A stretch of 63,987 bases of DNA, filler included, from Basidiobolus ranarum (GCA_040143965.1; 4 parts of 4 records of this genome joined end to end with filler, not necessarily neighbours in it); one strand, 5' to 3'; shown: positions 42,791 to 56,074, counted from the first letter of the whole stretch. A program made the numbers and translations. Notes: generated by a model from the letters alone, not told the origin.

Positions 42791-45700
42791 CTACGGTTGC
42801 CCAGCTAATTGCTCGAATTCGGCGTCATATACATTATCGGTGAGCAATTCATGGTTGAGTCCGCCGATAGTTGCTCCACACTCTGGACATTGAGATGTTT
42901 GCATCGCCATGCCACAATCCGCGATAACGTACTAAATAAGGTAAAGTTATTATTGACTACATGTTTGAAGTCTGCCATTCAATACTTACCGTGTGCCCAT
43001 TTGGACAGCGATACCAATGCCCTGTTCCTCGAATATCATGGGACATGGCGCGAAAAAGCTCAGCCTTTTCTTCTTTCGTGACTGGCGCATAGAACGTTTC
43101 GCTTCTAGCTATTCTAGTAGCCACATAAAATTTCTCTTCCAAAATCCTTGACTTCCGAAGGCAATCATCTTTGATCCCAACCGGACAATCGGTATGCATT
43201 TGGTTCCTTTCATTCCAGAAACTTTCGATGAGTGAGTCAACAAGTGCTAATCTCTCAACTCTAGCACCAAGTAGTATTGGTTTTTTCCCCAGTAACTGGA
43301 TCTTCTTGCATAGCACATCCATCATTGCTAGACGCGCATATGCCAAGTGTCGATCATACTTCTTCTCCTTTGCAATGACTATTATGCGATCGAGATATAA
43401 ATGGATACACTCATTCAAATCATCTACGAACCAGTACCAACCAGATGCAATTCCTACTTTATGGAGTGCTCTGGTAGCTTGGTAATCTACTAAAAGCAGT
43501 ACATTTATCATCTCTTGCAGCGACTCTATGAAAGATGAACCATCGAAACCATCAGCTGAGAGACCACATTCAAGAATGCACACATCGATCACTTCCGACG
43601 CTAGTTTAGTCTCTTGGCTGGGAAGATTATCAAATTCATCAAGAGGATTCAACATCATGCCACGGAAGAGGTGTGAAACAGAAGCTTCAAAAAGTTGCCT
43701 GCTAGGTGCGTTACATGCCTTCTCATTGATTTTACGGAATTTTCTGTAAGATGAAACTGCTGGCCTAATATAACGGATCCAATGCGCCTGATGCTCAGGT
43801 GGAAGCTTATAGATGTCTGCGATATTTAAGAACAGTGCCTCTGGGATGCATCGTAATTCACATGGAGGGGCTCGAAGCTCTCTAATCTGTGGCGCTACGT
43901 CTTGAGGATAGGCTGTGTCTCTGCTTAGTAGAGCAATAAATTCTGCCTGCTTTAATTCAAGTAGAGATTCAGTCTTCTGTAGGGCTAATCTTGCTTGGCG
44001 ACCCAAGTTGATCTGCTGCCTGAGATACTTCTTTGATCGCATTCCCAATTGAGCGTACTTGATGCGCCGACCGTACCGTAAAATCTCAGCAATAGGCTCA
44101 CGGCAAATATGGCAAGACATTTGCTTTACTTCTTTACCAGGTAAGGGACAAAGGGAGGTAAAAATAGTTGTACCAAAGTTCTCATCAACCAACCCTACGT
44201 AATAATCTTTCATCTCCATCACTCCATCCATACTAGACATGGTTAACGCGTGACCGCAAGATAGAACCAGGATAGGGTCATTATTTAGATCTACTTCGCG
44301 GAAGGATTGATGCATAATCAAGTCTACAATTAGTTCTTTCGTTTCGTCATTTGCGCAAATGATACAAAATTGTTTTGGTGGACACTTCTCTCCACATACA
44401 GATGGACACTGATGTCCACATTTAAGAACCTTCTCGCATCTCTTGTTGCACGGCAACCGATTACATGGTGCACCACACGGCATTTTACATTTTCCTTGAT
44501 GCGGGCACTCCCAGACGCAACTCTCACAGCAGGCTGAACATGAATCATGACATGGTTTTGAGCAGTTGAAATGGGCACATCGTACTACACATTTCATGGG
44601 ACACGGCGCACAATCCTTTCCTGGATGACACTCAGACTTGCAGAGATGGCCGCAGAATAAATTCTTTTCGCAGATCTTACTACAACTTCCGTGAGTAGTT
44701 CGTGAAATTTGAGTGGTCAAGACATCGAGGGTGCTTTTATTTACTTCCTCTAGTGTACTGCTCTGACAATCGAAGCATGATTTCGTACATGGATGGCCAC
44801 AATCTAGCAAAATACCGCATCGCATTGAACATTGTACGCTTTCTATCGTCGTCGAACAAGCCATACGCATCTCGTGCTCACAAGTGATTAATTCGCGTAC
44901 AACTTTCTCTTTACACATAATGGATAATGGGTCTTGGGCTTCCCAGCATTTTGCATGCCATAGAGTATGATCACAAGGCAGCCGGAGAGAGCCCACGTTC
45001 TCCAAGCATTTACCGCAGTCATCGCTACATCGTTTCTTACAGGCATGCTGGCATGGTGCATGCAATCGGGGACATGGCTGAGAACATTTAACCAAGACGT
45101 GATTTTTGTCATCCGGATGGCCTAAAGTCATCAATTTAGTAAACTACTGTTAGTCAAGTTCTATATGTAAAGAAGAAAAACACTTTGAATGGTACATTGA
45201 AGTGGACACACATGGCCACATGCCATATTGTAGTTACACCGGATATTGCACCCTCCGTGAGGAGCAACAATCTTTAAGATCTCAGGGTTATCAATAATGT
45301 TCCGGGTGTTGGGATGGGTTTTGCACATGATGGGAAATCCAGGTCCTAGACGACTGTTCTCTCGTAGCTCTTCGATGACCTTAGGCCAAATACCATTTTC
45401 ACGCTTGGAAAGCAGCGAGGCATTGCCCAGAATAAACATACCGTGTTGGGCTCGCGATAAAAGTACATTGGATCGATTTGGAGATTTCAAAAAACCTATT
45501 CCATGACTATTTTGTTTCGAGTTATTTCGAACAAGGGAAATAATGACAATCTTGGCTTCTTCTCCCTATGAAGAAAAGAGGCAGGCTAGGTAAATTTAAA
45601 TGATCAATCTCGGCCAAATCATTTCAAATACCTGGTAATTATCAATGGTCCGTAGGGTGAGATATCTCTGCATCGATATCTGCTTTATCCCCGCCATTCT

Positions 45701-48700
45701 ATCGACTTCCTTGCTTGTATCCTCAAAGTTGGATTCAAGCAGATCCAGTTGATCTTGATCACGCTCGTCTATAACAAGCATGAAGCTTTGTTTCAATGCA
45801 TCTCGGAGCTTAGAGAGCTGACCCAAATAGGGGGTAAGCACGGCTATATCGCCCGGCTGATTATATCCGTTCTTGATCAAGTACTGTGCGAGTGCCTCGA
45901 CCATCTTCACTTCGAACGAGTTCGAAAAGGACTGCATGCTGTACTGATCCTTGCTATCCTCGGGATGTCCATGGTCCATGAAGTATACATTCTGGCTCAT
46001 TCCACTGACGTTCGGGTAATTCAATACTTCTTTGCCATCAATAAGGTCCGGATATCTGGTATTTCGTATAAGACTAGAGATCTCAGGACGCATACGACGT
46101 TGTGTTGTCAGCTCAGACATTGGAAGTGGGTTGGAGGATGCGGTGACGAGACGCTCAAAGAGAGATTTATCGAGGTTGTAGCTTTTTCCGGCATGGGAAT
46201 CCGATGAGAGTTTATACGTGGCAATCTGGGGTCGAAGTTGGTGGTGATCACCGATCAGAATAAGGTGCTGTGTTGAGGGTGAAAGTGTAGCAAGTATATG
46301 GGATTCAAGAACCTCGCCAGCCTCTTCGCAAATAATTATGTTGGGAGCCACCGATGCCACTAGGGTCTGGAATCTTGCAGCACCATTCGTCGTCATGCCA
46401 ATGACGGTACTTTCCTTTAAAATGAGCCGACGAACTTCATCATATGCGTTATTTATGCTCTTGTTGATACTTTCCGCCCGTTGTAGAAGCTGCTGCATGG
46501 TTTCCAACATTAGTTCCTGAACTTCGGATTTCCAAGAGTCATGTAATCGCGTCCGTTCAGTACGGGACATGTTCCATACATCACAATGCTCAAGCAACTC
46601 CAAAGGTCGGTTGGTTGAGGGTATCGGTATTTTCTTTATGGTAGTCTTCTTCGATGCGTCAATGTCGCCGAGTAACTCGAATTTGCTCGTGGAAGAGGCG
46701 TTTATGACCAGCTCCATATCTTTATTTGCTTTCTCTTTATTTGAAATATCAGTGCCAGTGATCCATTGCTGATACGGTGACCAATCTTTGGACTTTACAG
46801 TGCTAAATCCTTCATCTTCTGAACTCTCATGTTGAAACGGATTCAGCTGGTCATAATGACTTTCGCTGGTGCCCAACAAGTATTGTCCTAGATATTCCCA
46901 TGGCAGATATTTTTCCTTCAGCGCTTCGTCCAGTCTGCTTAATTTCTCAGTAGTGATCTTCCAGTCCTCTTTAGCCTTGTAGATGGCTTTGCGACTGACA
47001 AGTGGTCGATTAAAGGACCTGGATAAAGAGTTCAGATTTAAATCGGCCAGACGTTCTGACTTGGATTGTCCACCAACTCGGACAATTCCTTTGACCCCCT
47101 CATCTAGAAGATGTTCTAAGAATTGATCGAGCGCATGGTTTGTATAGCAAACACATAAGATTGGACCGCAGTTCATGGCCGCCTTATTGTGGAGAAGGAC
47201 CCGCATGAGATCCACACCAATTTTAGTCTTGCCAGCTCCAGGAGGACTGTTAAAGAACAAAAGTTCAAAGCATTAGTGGCTGTTCTATAGCATATAATAA
47301 GTCATCTGAATATGAGCGTGAGTGTGCAACCACATACCCTCTAATTAAAGCCACCTCTCGGCACAAAGTTTCGACTAATGCCTTAGCTTGTGTATCATCC
47401 AGTGTACTTTGGTTCTGTAGTATGTTTGTAGCATTTGCCCTTGACATATGGTCCGCCGTATGTAAGTTGCACCTTTTCCCTTTTAACAACACTGATAAGT
47501 CGAATTTGAAGCCCGGTGCCCGCGTATACGATGGTGTTCCAATCAAATCTTGATCATTCGGGCCTCTTGTAAGCTCATCCTCCTTCTTTGGAGCAATGTA
47601 TTTTCCAAACGGTAACGTAGCAGGGGTGCATTTCTGTAGTGCTTGGAGAATAGGTCTGTATGATTCGAAAAACACACCAGGCGACTCCAAAAGATATTGT
47701 TGACTTTTCTTCGTATCATGGTGACTATCATTTAGCAACATCAAGTACATTGATGTGTTGGTCAAAGAAATGGTGATAGTCGCTTTATGGGCATCTTTGG
47801 CCAGTTTAAGAATATTCCGCTCAGAAATAACACCCAGGATGATATGAAATGGCTTTTTGGTGGAGGAACTGTCATTTGGGCGCGAAAGAAGGCAGACAAG
47901 CCCTCCTTGCATGAGGCGATTCTTTGAGCGTTCCCAATTTTCTTGACGTCGTTTTTCCGACTTATTCGCTATGGAACTCGGCTGTGCAAATGAAATTTGA
48001 ACAGAGACACTTTGTTGGTTTGTAAAACTTAGACATTGGACTTGCACATCACCATAAACATTCAGATTTACGTTTTCCCCTAGATTTTTACGAATTGTTG
48101 CTTGTTGCAGGAGCACATTTTCTTGACTTTTGGGGGTTTTCTCTAATAATTGCAAAAAGGCCGTAATACCCTTTCGAAGTGGGCTCAACATATCTTCGCG
48201 GTACAGTCGGAATTGGATATCGAGTTGTCGCTTCCACCCAGCTTCAATAAAATGGGGCGCATGAGGAATCCCATTCGAAGGGAGGAAAGGCTCTCTTTCG
48301 CAAGCTATCTCTTCTTCCGTAGGAATGATGGCTATTTCGGAAATCTCCATTTTATCATTGTTGTGTCGAGGGCCACCCTTAGACATAGCCCCAGGAGGAT
48401 CATAATTTCTCTCAAGGTATTCTAAATTAGGTCCAGTTGAATGCAAGCGACGAGCACTTGAATGATTAGCTTCGTGGTTGCCGACATTTATAACGATACT
48501 CTTGGCATCCCTAATGATGGATCGAAGGCGCTTAACTTCATGCATAAGAATTTCGTTCTCGAAGTCTGTGGTTCTATAATCAGAAGGAAATGTGTTGCAT
48601 AGCAGAGCCTGCATATAAAGCTTATCGACCATCTCTTCAAACTCGTAAGGGGCACTTCGTATTCGAGTCAGCAGTTGAAATACTAGGCGAGTGATGGCCA

Positions 48701-49412
48701 AAAGTGCTTTCCCGAATGAGAGTACAATGCAAACACTTGGATCCTCCTTCATTAAGCGGTCTGTTGATACTCTGAAGTCTCGGAATGATCTACGGTTAAG
48801 AAGCTCGTCCATACAATGCAGTACGCCTTTTAGAATGAATACTTCGGCATGGATAAACACGGTAGAGAATATGACATTTGACTGCTCTACCATGGTGGTT
48901 CGGCATACTGTCTCCCGAGTTAGGATGCCGATGAATGGCAAAACGATATACTGAAAAGAGATAGGTAATTTGCCAGTGCCGGCATCAACAGACATGGGTG
49001 CCAACAATATGCTCTTGAGTATGGTAACACCAGTGTTGGAGGCAAGGTCAAGTAATATACCTGAGGTATCAACATTGTGATGGTTAGACAGGTTCATTAG
49101 ACATGAATTGACGAATCTACGAATGCTTCTTTGGCTATTGAGACTGAAGCCCTTTCTGAGGGCCATGCTTGCAAAGTGTTGTAAGTCTTCTACTCCAGCG
49201 CTGGCTACAATAAGATCATCTGTTGCGTCAGTTGATATTTGCTTTGATTTATGACGTCTCTCTGTGATTTGTCGCCTCATTTCCGGTGTTATGGGCCCTT
49301 TTGCAAAGCCTTCGTTTTTGTGTTCCTCAGAAGCTCCACCACGTCTTTTGCTTGGTCGACTTCGACCATTTCCATGAGTTTTGTTGTTTCTCTCACGTTG
49401 TTTAGAATTCAT
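42791..49412 (-). CDS. ZNFX1: ZNFX1-like SF1 (UPF1-like) helicase with an NF-X1 zinc-finger array and a C-terminal RZ-type finger, 5 exons
   Basis: LDIQFRLYREDM; Walker A GPPGAGKT (split by an intron); CYTNHALDQFLE; EEAGEVLE; LIGDHHQLRP; SLFERL; TIDNYQGEE; NVLLSRAQHG; Cys/His repeats; final GHWYRCPNGHTYVIADCGMAMQTSQCPECGATIGGLNH; stop TAG 42793-42791. Confidence 0.92.
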
Positions 49413-50049
49413 GGATAAGGTATGAAGACTCTAGGCAATCTTTTGGCACTGTTTTTCTTATATAACATCTAGAGAACTCTGGTGTTGATCGTCATCCTTT
49501 GGATCAAGAAAAGAGGCTAGTGAACGTATTTCATATTAGTTTTAGAAATAGATCGCCATATATCCGCTCCACAAGCCACATGCATATTCAAAAACTGTCG
49601 GTAAATAACATTATTATGCATGATTTTTATGCATGATTTCTTAGATCAAAGTCACTCCTTATCTTGTATTAATTATCTTACCATTCATCTATCAGTTTAA
49701 CTTCCTGACTCATTTTCCCATCTATCATCTAAAGCGGGCACTTTCTATTAGTACACTACTGCTTCTGTATGATATCGTAAGCAGAAGATGCACTGACCAA
49801 TATAATCAGCGATGACATAGTCAATGGTATAGCTAAGTCCGCTTACCCATTTGTATATTTATATTCAACTTGCTAGTCTATTGTCTTGATCATATTTTTT
49901 ATCCCTATTTTAATGCACCTAACTATACATTATATCTCATCTAAGGTAGTTGGCATTATTAGGTTAAATATAATTGGTAGCTCTATTTATACACATATAA
50001 GTAATTGCCATAACATATCCAAGTTAGTTAACATTGCTCCGTTAAATAA

Positions 50050-50195
50050 GTTGAAAATTGTACAGCCTAAACACTGTTGAAGTAAGCATAGTGTAAAAGT
50101 TAGTTATCCTATATTTCACTGAGACAATGCCCACTATTTGCAAGAAAAATTTACTGAGAAGTTGAAAGATATATATATGTTTCTGTAGAAGTTGG
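50050..50195 (+). mobile_element. Older LTR-A 5' fragments directly upstream of the intact LTR
   Basis: cagcctaaacac, tagttatcctatatttcactgaga and aatttactgagaagtt parallel the start of LTR-A. Confidence 0.6.
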
Positions 50196-50799
50196 TGTTG
50201 AAATTAGCATTGTGTAAACACCTATATAGTCATATATAGCTTAGTACTTCGTTATCTCATATTTCACTAAGATATTATCCATTATTTTCAATTGGAATTT
50301 ACTTAGAAGTTCTCAGATATATAGATTTGTCAAACTAGCGCTGGAAGCCCCAAACTTTACACACATGCTCCTAGGACCTTCCTTAGCATATTCTGTGCAT
50401 CAGTGTGTCTATATCATGACAAAACTATAAATGTCAACTTTCTACTGATTTAATCAACAAGTGCAAACCACCAATTTCTCTAATTCTTTAAACCACTTCC
50501 AACAGGCTCTCAAATACATTAACAGGTTGTAAGCCCTAAGCTTGCACTCTCTGTATTATTTACTTCCCAAATTTATGGAACTTTTCCCTCTTCTGAAAAA
50601 TTGGATGGAACCAATTATGAAGTTTGGAAAATTAAAATAAAAATGCTGCTGCAAGAAAAAGGACTTTGGGACACTGTTGTAGAAGAAGAAAATAATGCAA
50701 AACTATCTGAAACCAAAGCTTTACTCCAGGTCAAAAAAGAACAAAGTGCCTTTAACACAATTTGTCTTAATGTCAAAGACAAATTGGAAATTCAATGTT
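50196..50799 (+). mobile_element. Ty1/copia 5' end: 329-bp LTR (50196-50524), PBS (50525-50536), gag start truncated by the contig end
   Basis: TGTT...AACA termini; GGTTGTAAGCCC immediately after; KLDGTNYEVWKIKIKMLLQEKGLWD is a copia Gag N-terminal motif. Confidence 0.9.
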
Positions 50800-50899
50800 N
50801 NNNNNNNNNNNNNNNNNNNNNNNNNNNNNNNNNNNNNNNNNNNTTAATTAATTAANNNNNNNNNNNNNNNNNNNNNNNNNNNNNNNNNNNNNNNNNNNN
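50800..50899. other. Artificial contig spacer
   Basis: N run with TTAATTAATTAA at 50844-50855. Confidence 0.97.
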
Positions 50900-51866
50900 A
50901 TGATTGGGTAATCACTTTGCCGTTGTTAGACCAGTTGCCAATGGTACTAGATTCTCTGACAAACTCTTCACACAAAGGTTGAAGTTTGGGCAGATCAATG
51001 AACATGTGGGTAGAATCACGAGTGATAGGGGTATTTCCGTCAAGTTTACAACGAGGGGAAATAAGTTCAATAGCGTTAAGCAAGTGTTGGCATTGATCAC
51101 ATTGATCACCTCTAGCATCAGCATATTTACACCTTGGACAAGTGCCTTCAACGTAACGATCAGCGAGGAATCTTTCGCACCTTTCACAGTATAATTGTGT
51201 CATAGTGTCTTCAATGAGATATCCATTATCCTGAAGTTTCAGGAAGATATCTTGGGCAATTCTGAATTAATTAAAGTTAACATCAGGAAACCTAACTTTC
51301 AGTTGAGCTAGGCTCAAAGTAATACTTACTCTGTCTGTTGGTTGGTGGTGGTTCTACCAAAATAGTCAAAGCTTACGCCAAACCATTCATAAACTCGGGT
51401 ATGAAGTGCATTATATTTATCACAAAGCTCTCTGCAAGATATACCCTCCTCCAAAGCCTTGGTTTCGGTAGCAGTGCCATATTCATCAGTACCGCAAATG
51501 TAAAGGACGTTGTAACCACGCGACCGAGTATAGCGAGCAAAAACATCGGCACTCAGAACAGCTCCTATGATATTACCTAGGTGAGGAACGTTGTTGACAT
51601 AAGGTAAAGCTGATGTGATCAATATGTTCTTTTCCCCTTTAATAGGAAGTCTATACTCGAATCAGTTTAAGAATAAAAATAAAGGCGTAGAAATTCAGCT
51701 GCGTACTTGACGTCTGTACTCAGATTCAAAGCGATTCCATTCCTAACTCTTCGGTTAGAATTATCAGCGATAGGCCTTTCTAGTTTCTGGTTTATCGACG
51801 ACTTCAATATAAACATTAGCCGTTATCTTTGCTAAAGAAACGAAAGATATTCGATAAGCTTACCAT
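50900..51866 (-). CDS. MES1: Cytosolic methionyl-tRNA synthetase, N-terminal part (3' end lost at the contig edge)
   Basis: [30 protein letters not shown], zinc knuckle [19 protein letters not shown]. First coding exon is ATG only (51866-51864). Confidence 0.95.
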
Positions 51867-52389
51867 TTCTGTGGTGGAGTTCAACGAACAAGCCCTACCA
51901 AATATCATGGGTTTACTTTTCTAGCTACAATGTAGAAATATCAAGAATCATTTGGAACCCTCTATCACAAATCAGATTTCGTTAATTGAATGGTATGAAC
52001 TTGAGCCAATACTTAATATGTCAACAAAAATGGAACCACTGTCACATCATAGCCAATTCCTCTGATTGGCCAGAGTCAGCAAATCTGAAGTATTACTTGT
52101 GTTTAAATATCATAAAATAGAAACAGCAATTTTGAATGACCATAATAGACGTGTCTCTACTTGTGGATGGATTTCTATATTATAAGTTTGACACATGCTA
52201 TGGATTTGAAATCATTATAAAGCCACCTATAGTTACAATGCACACAGCTCTATTGAAATCCTGCTATTATATATATATATATCTAAAATGTAGCTGTTGG
52301 GTAGAGAATGACAAGATTAGTAATCTATGATGACATACATATGTGAGAGATGTATGGCATTGGAAAGTGATGGTTCGGCAATTCATCAA

Positions 52390-53658
52390 TTACAACTCGT
52401 CTCTGATAACCTCCACTTTTTCTTTGGATGATTCTTTAACCACCGGTACCACAGTTTCAATGGGTACTTCTTCAAGGGATTGTGATTCTTGGCGGGAATC
52501 AGCCTCTTCATCGATTTCCTCCATATCAGCTTCGGCAGCAAGTTTAGCTTCTTCCTCCTCTTCCCTCCTCCTTTCTTCCTCATCAAAATCCTCTTTGGCT
52601 TGTTTCTCTAACTCTTGGTACTTCTCAAAAGTGTGTTCGGCAAATTCCTTAGCATAGGCTACATCGTCAGTTACTAAGATATTATCAAAAATGGTGCCTG
52701 ATTTGACTTGCCAGAGATCAAAGGCAAGATTTCCGCTTTCGTATACATAAATATTCTTGTCTTCCTTGAATTCTGGATTGGGGATTTCCGGATGAATCCA
52801 GGGCCCTTTATATTCAGGATTGGGAATTCTGTTGACCTCCCAAGGTCCCGTATATTCAGGATTATTGATCATGGGTGGTTCCCATTCACCATCATCCTCA
52901 TTATCCCAATCCTCAGGCTTCTTGGCTTCGGGATCAGGAATAAGGGGTTGAATATCGTCGTAACCTTCAGGCTTTTTATCTTCAGGATCCACAATTGTGG
53001 CTTCATCAACCCAATCATCTGGCTTCATTGCCTCCGGATCTTTGAGAGTCTTTGGTGCTAGAAGGTCCCAATCTTCCAAAAGCTCACCAGTAGCTTCTTC
53101 TTGATTATCAATCAGAACAGAATAGGTCAAATCAGGCCTGATTATAAGAGTGTACAGATGGGTTAATTGGTCGGTTGGCGGGAGGATTGGCTTCTTGATG
53201 GGATGGTTACTGCCATTACGATTCAAGATAACATGTACTTTTCTATTGGGTCCGCAGATATCTGGACCAAACATCATATTATACTCAGTCTCACCATCGA
53301 ACTTCTCAAGGTCAATACCAGGAGGAAGAACTTTGATATATCCACCACCACAGTCGATATTCTGTTCATGCTTAACTGAGAATTGAAGTACAAAATCTTT
53401 ATCCTTGTTAGAGAAGGTGTTGTTCAATGGGGCGGAGAGGGCATAGAAACGAGCATCCTCAGTGGTTTGTAGGCCCTTGTTGACCTCTGGATCAGCATAA
53501 AAGTTGCCAGCGGATACCTCAAACATGCCAAGATTAGATTTGACGCTGGATGGGATCCAGTGGTTAGCCCAGTTGTCATCAAAGGTCTCTTTAAAGAAAA
53601 CCTCTGCAGAAGTGGTGGTAACAGCCATCAAAGAACCAAGAATAAAACTAGCTTTCAT
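52390..53658 (-). CDS. CALR: Calreticulin (soluble ER lectin chaperone), single exon
   Basis: Signal peptide; KHEQNIDCGGGYIK, MFGPDICG, P-domain KPEDWD repeats, DLWQVKSGTIFDN; acidic tail, no TM helix, C-terminal RDEL. Confidence 0.95.
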   Translation of the reverse strand: MKASFILGSLMAVTTTSAEVFFKETFDDNWANHWIPSSVKSNLGMFEVSAGNFYADPEVNKGLQTTEDARFYALSAPLNNTFSNKDKDFVLQFSVKHEQNIDCGGGYIKVLPPGIDLEKFDGETEYNMMFGPDICGPNRKVHVILNRNGSNHPIKKPILPPTDQLTHLYTLIIRPDLTYSVLIDNQEEATGELLEDWDLLAPKTLKDPEAMKPDDWVDEATIVDPEDKKPEGYDDIQPLIPDPEAKKPEDWDNEDDGEWEPPMINNPEYTGPWEVNRIPNPEYKGPWIHPEIPNPEFKEDKNIYVYESGNLAFDLWQVKSGTIFDNILVTDDVAYAKEFAEHTFEKYQELEKQAKEDFDEEERRREEEEEAKLAAEADMEEIDEEADSRQESQSLEEVPIETVVPVVKESSKEKVEVIRDEL

Positions 53659-56042
53659 GATGTATCTAACAATTTGCAATTGAACACAAGTGAAAGTTCC
53701 AAATAAAAGATGTCGAGTTACTAAGGTAATCAACAGTGCGAATGGTATATATACTCTTGTGTGTGTCTATCACGCTATTCACACTGCCTCCACTTTTCAA
53801 TTGTCAATGAACATCCAATCAATGTCTGCCACAGCATTTTCAACCAACTTGGTGTCTAAAGGCAACAGAAAGCCCCTATCATTGATCTAAAAGCTATCCA
53901 GCAAAGTCACCCATGGGGGGTTCTGGTAGTGGTTATTGGTCATCGATTTATTTCAAGCTCGTCATTTCAACACTCTGATGTTTACGCTATGGGAATGTCA
54001 TTGTAATAAACTATCTCATTTAAGAGTAGCTATCACTCAGATGCAAGGAATGCATCGTTTCAGCACTACTGGTACTTCTGAAGATCCTAGTTGGTGTATA
54101 GACTGACTTTATCTTGCCTTAAACTGACCCTCTTTAAATGAAGTGACTCCCCTGCTTGAGCTCGTGGAGATAGCCTAGTGTCTAGAATCTGTAATCATTG
54201 GCTTAGTTTCTACACCGATATTCAAGATCATTTAATGTCACTACTGGTGTGTACAATTGAAAATAGAAGCCTTGATTAATATGGATATGATGTTTTCCGA
54301 TGGAATATACAGTCACAGTGTAGCACAGTAGCGTTGACTTATCTTATCACTAACAAGGAGAGATCCTGAGTCTTACCTGACTATCATGTTGCTTTAGCTA
54401 TCCAGTTAACTATGGTATATTTAGTAAGTACAAGTTCGCATTTAGATAATGTAGGTATTAATGGAGTGAAGTTCTATACTCTACACAAGGTGCTTCAGTC
54501 ATTACCGAGACTATCCACAGATAGAAAACGAAGTTGCCAAGAGAACCTAATATCTGCTGAATTGTATATTTAAGTAATGTCCTGCACAATAGATCTCAGT
54601 ATTATACTTGTATCTTTGAACATTGTGATATATTATTATTACTTTGTAGCTGAGCGTTTAGTATGTTGCGATTTCTCGGAGTAGCGTATGAAATAACATT
54701 TGAATCAAACTCTACACCGCTTTCCTTTGTAAGAACTGGCTAAATACAAGTTGAGCCTAGAATTACTATTGCAAGCCCTCTAAAAATGAAAAACATCCAG
54801 GTAAAACTTGGCGATATAGATTGTACATAGTATAGACGCAATGGGGTATGCGAAATCAGAGTTCCGGAATACATATGTGATGCCAAGAAATGTCTGAAAC
54901 AAAGGAACTGTTCAACAGAGCTTGAATAACGACACTTCGACGTGGTAACTGTGGTTTAACATAATCTTGACGATCTAGTGCTTTAGGTTTTATCTTTTTT
55001 GTTGAATCCAACAACCATGTTTAGTCAACGCAACACCTTTAATTTTTCCGAAAGAGCTGACTCAAACCGCCTCCAAACAACGGTACGCGCGCAAAAATCG
55101 TTGTACCATAAGCTCGATATTTGAGTCAGATTGAAGGATAACCATTCAGGAATGCTCCGGTGAATGATAATTGAAAAAGGTCTCTCCGGAGCACTTCGTC
55201 AAAAATCATAAGTAATATACGTGAATAGTTCTATGATATGTTGGATTACATTAACACCATGGTCGTCTTATCAAATTGAGCAACCGCTACCAGGCTGATC
55301 CAGATTACAAACATTGGAATATGGAAGCTGGGTAGATACTTGAAAATAATGGATGTATTTCATTATTGAGCCTGCCCCATCCAGTTTCAAAGCGCTTTTG
55401 TCAATTACAGTACTGTCAGACCCAAAGCTTGAAACTCTCTAATGTCGTTGGGCGATTCCTTTGATCAAACAAAGTATCAAGTAGCAGCCCCTGATCTATG
55501 TCAAACATTGCCGATGTACTTGATGAGATTCGCGCTAAGGTTTTATGTTTGCTTTAAGATACTGTGGCAGAGTACTATGGTTTCAGGATGCAATGTCATT
55601 TCGAAGTGTCACTTGCCTCAAGGGGTAGGTATCCGGAAAAAGGATGCAAAATGGTTGCCTTTAATGTCAGTGATATTTATACCAATAGAAGCTACTCCTA
55701 AATGAAAAAATGACTCAGGTATATGGCATAACTCGGAGCTCTGTGAATTTACATGCAATAAAGTGAATCATATTCTTGTTTAGCTAACGTTTCGTCAACT
55801 CCATTGGCTGGATTCCACAGAAACTTAGGATTGCTTGCAAATATTTCGTACAAATACCTCATTTCAAGCTTGGTTCATTCGATCGGCAACCAACAACCAT
55901 ACATGCCACTCTCTTAGACGGTATTTCCCACGAGGTAATTGGCTGACTTCGATATCATGCTAGCCATATTTCGATTTCACCCCATTCCAGAATAAGAGGT
56001 TGACGCCACGGCTTTCATGCAAAATATCTCAAATGGGTAATG

Positions 56043-56074
56043 AAATATACTGAATTGCCAAATTCAGTATATTT
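56043..56074. repeat. Perfect 14-bp inverted repeat with a 4-nt loop
   Basis: AAATATACTGAATT-GCCA-AATTCAGTATATTT. Confidence 0.9.
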
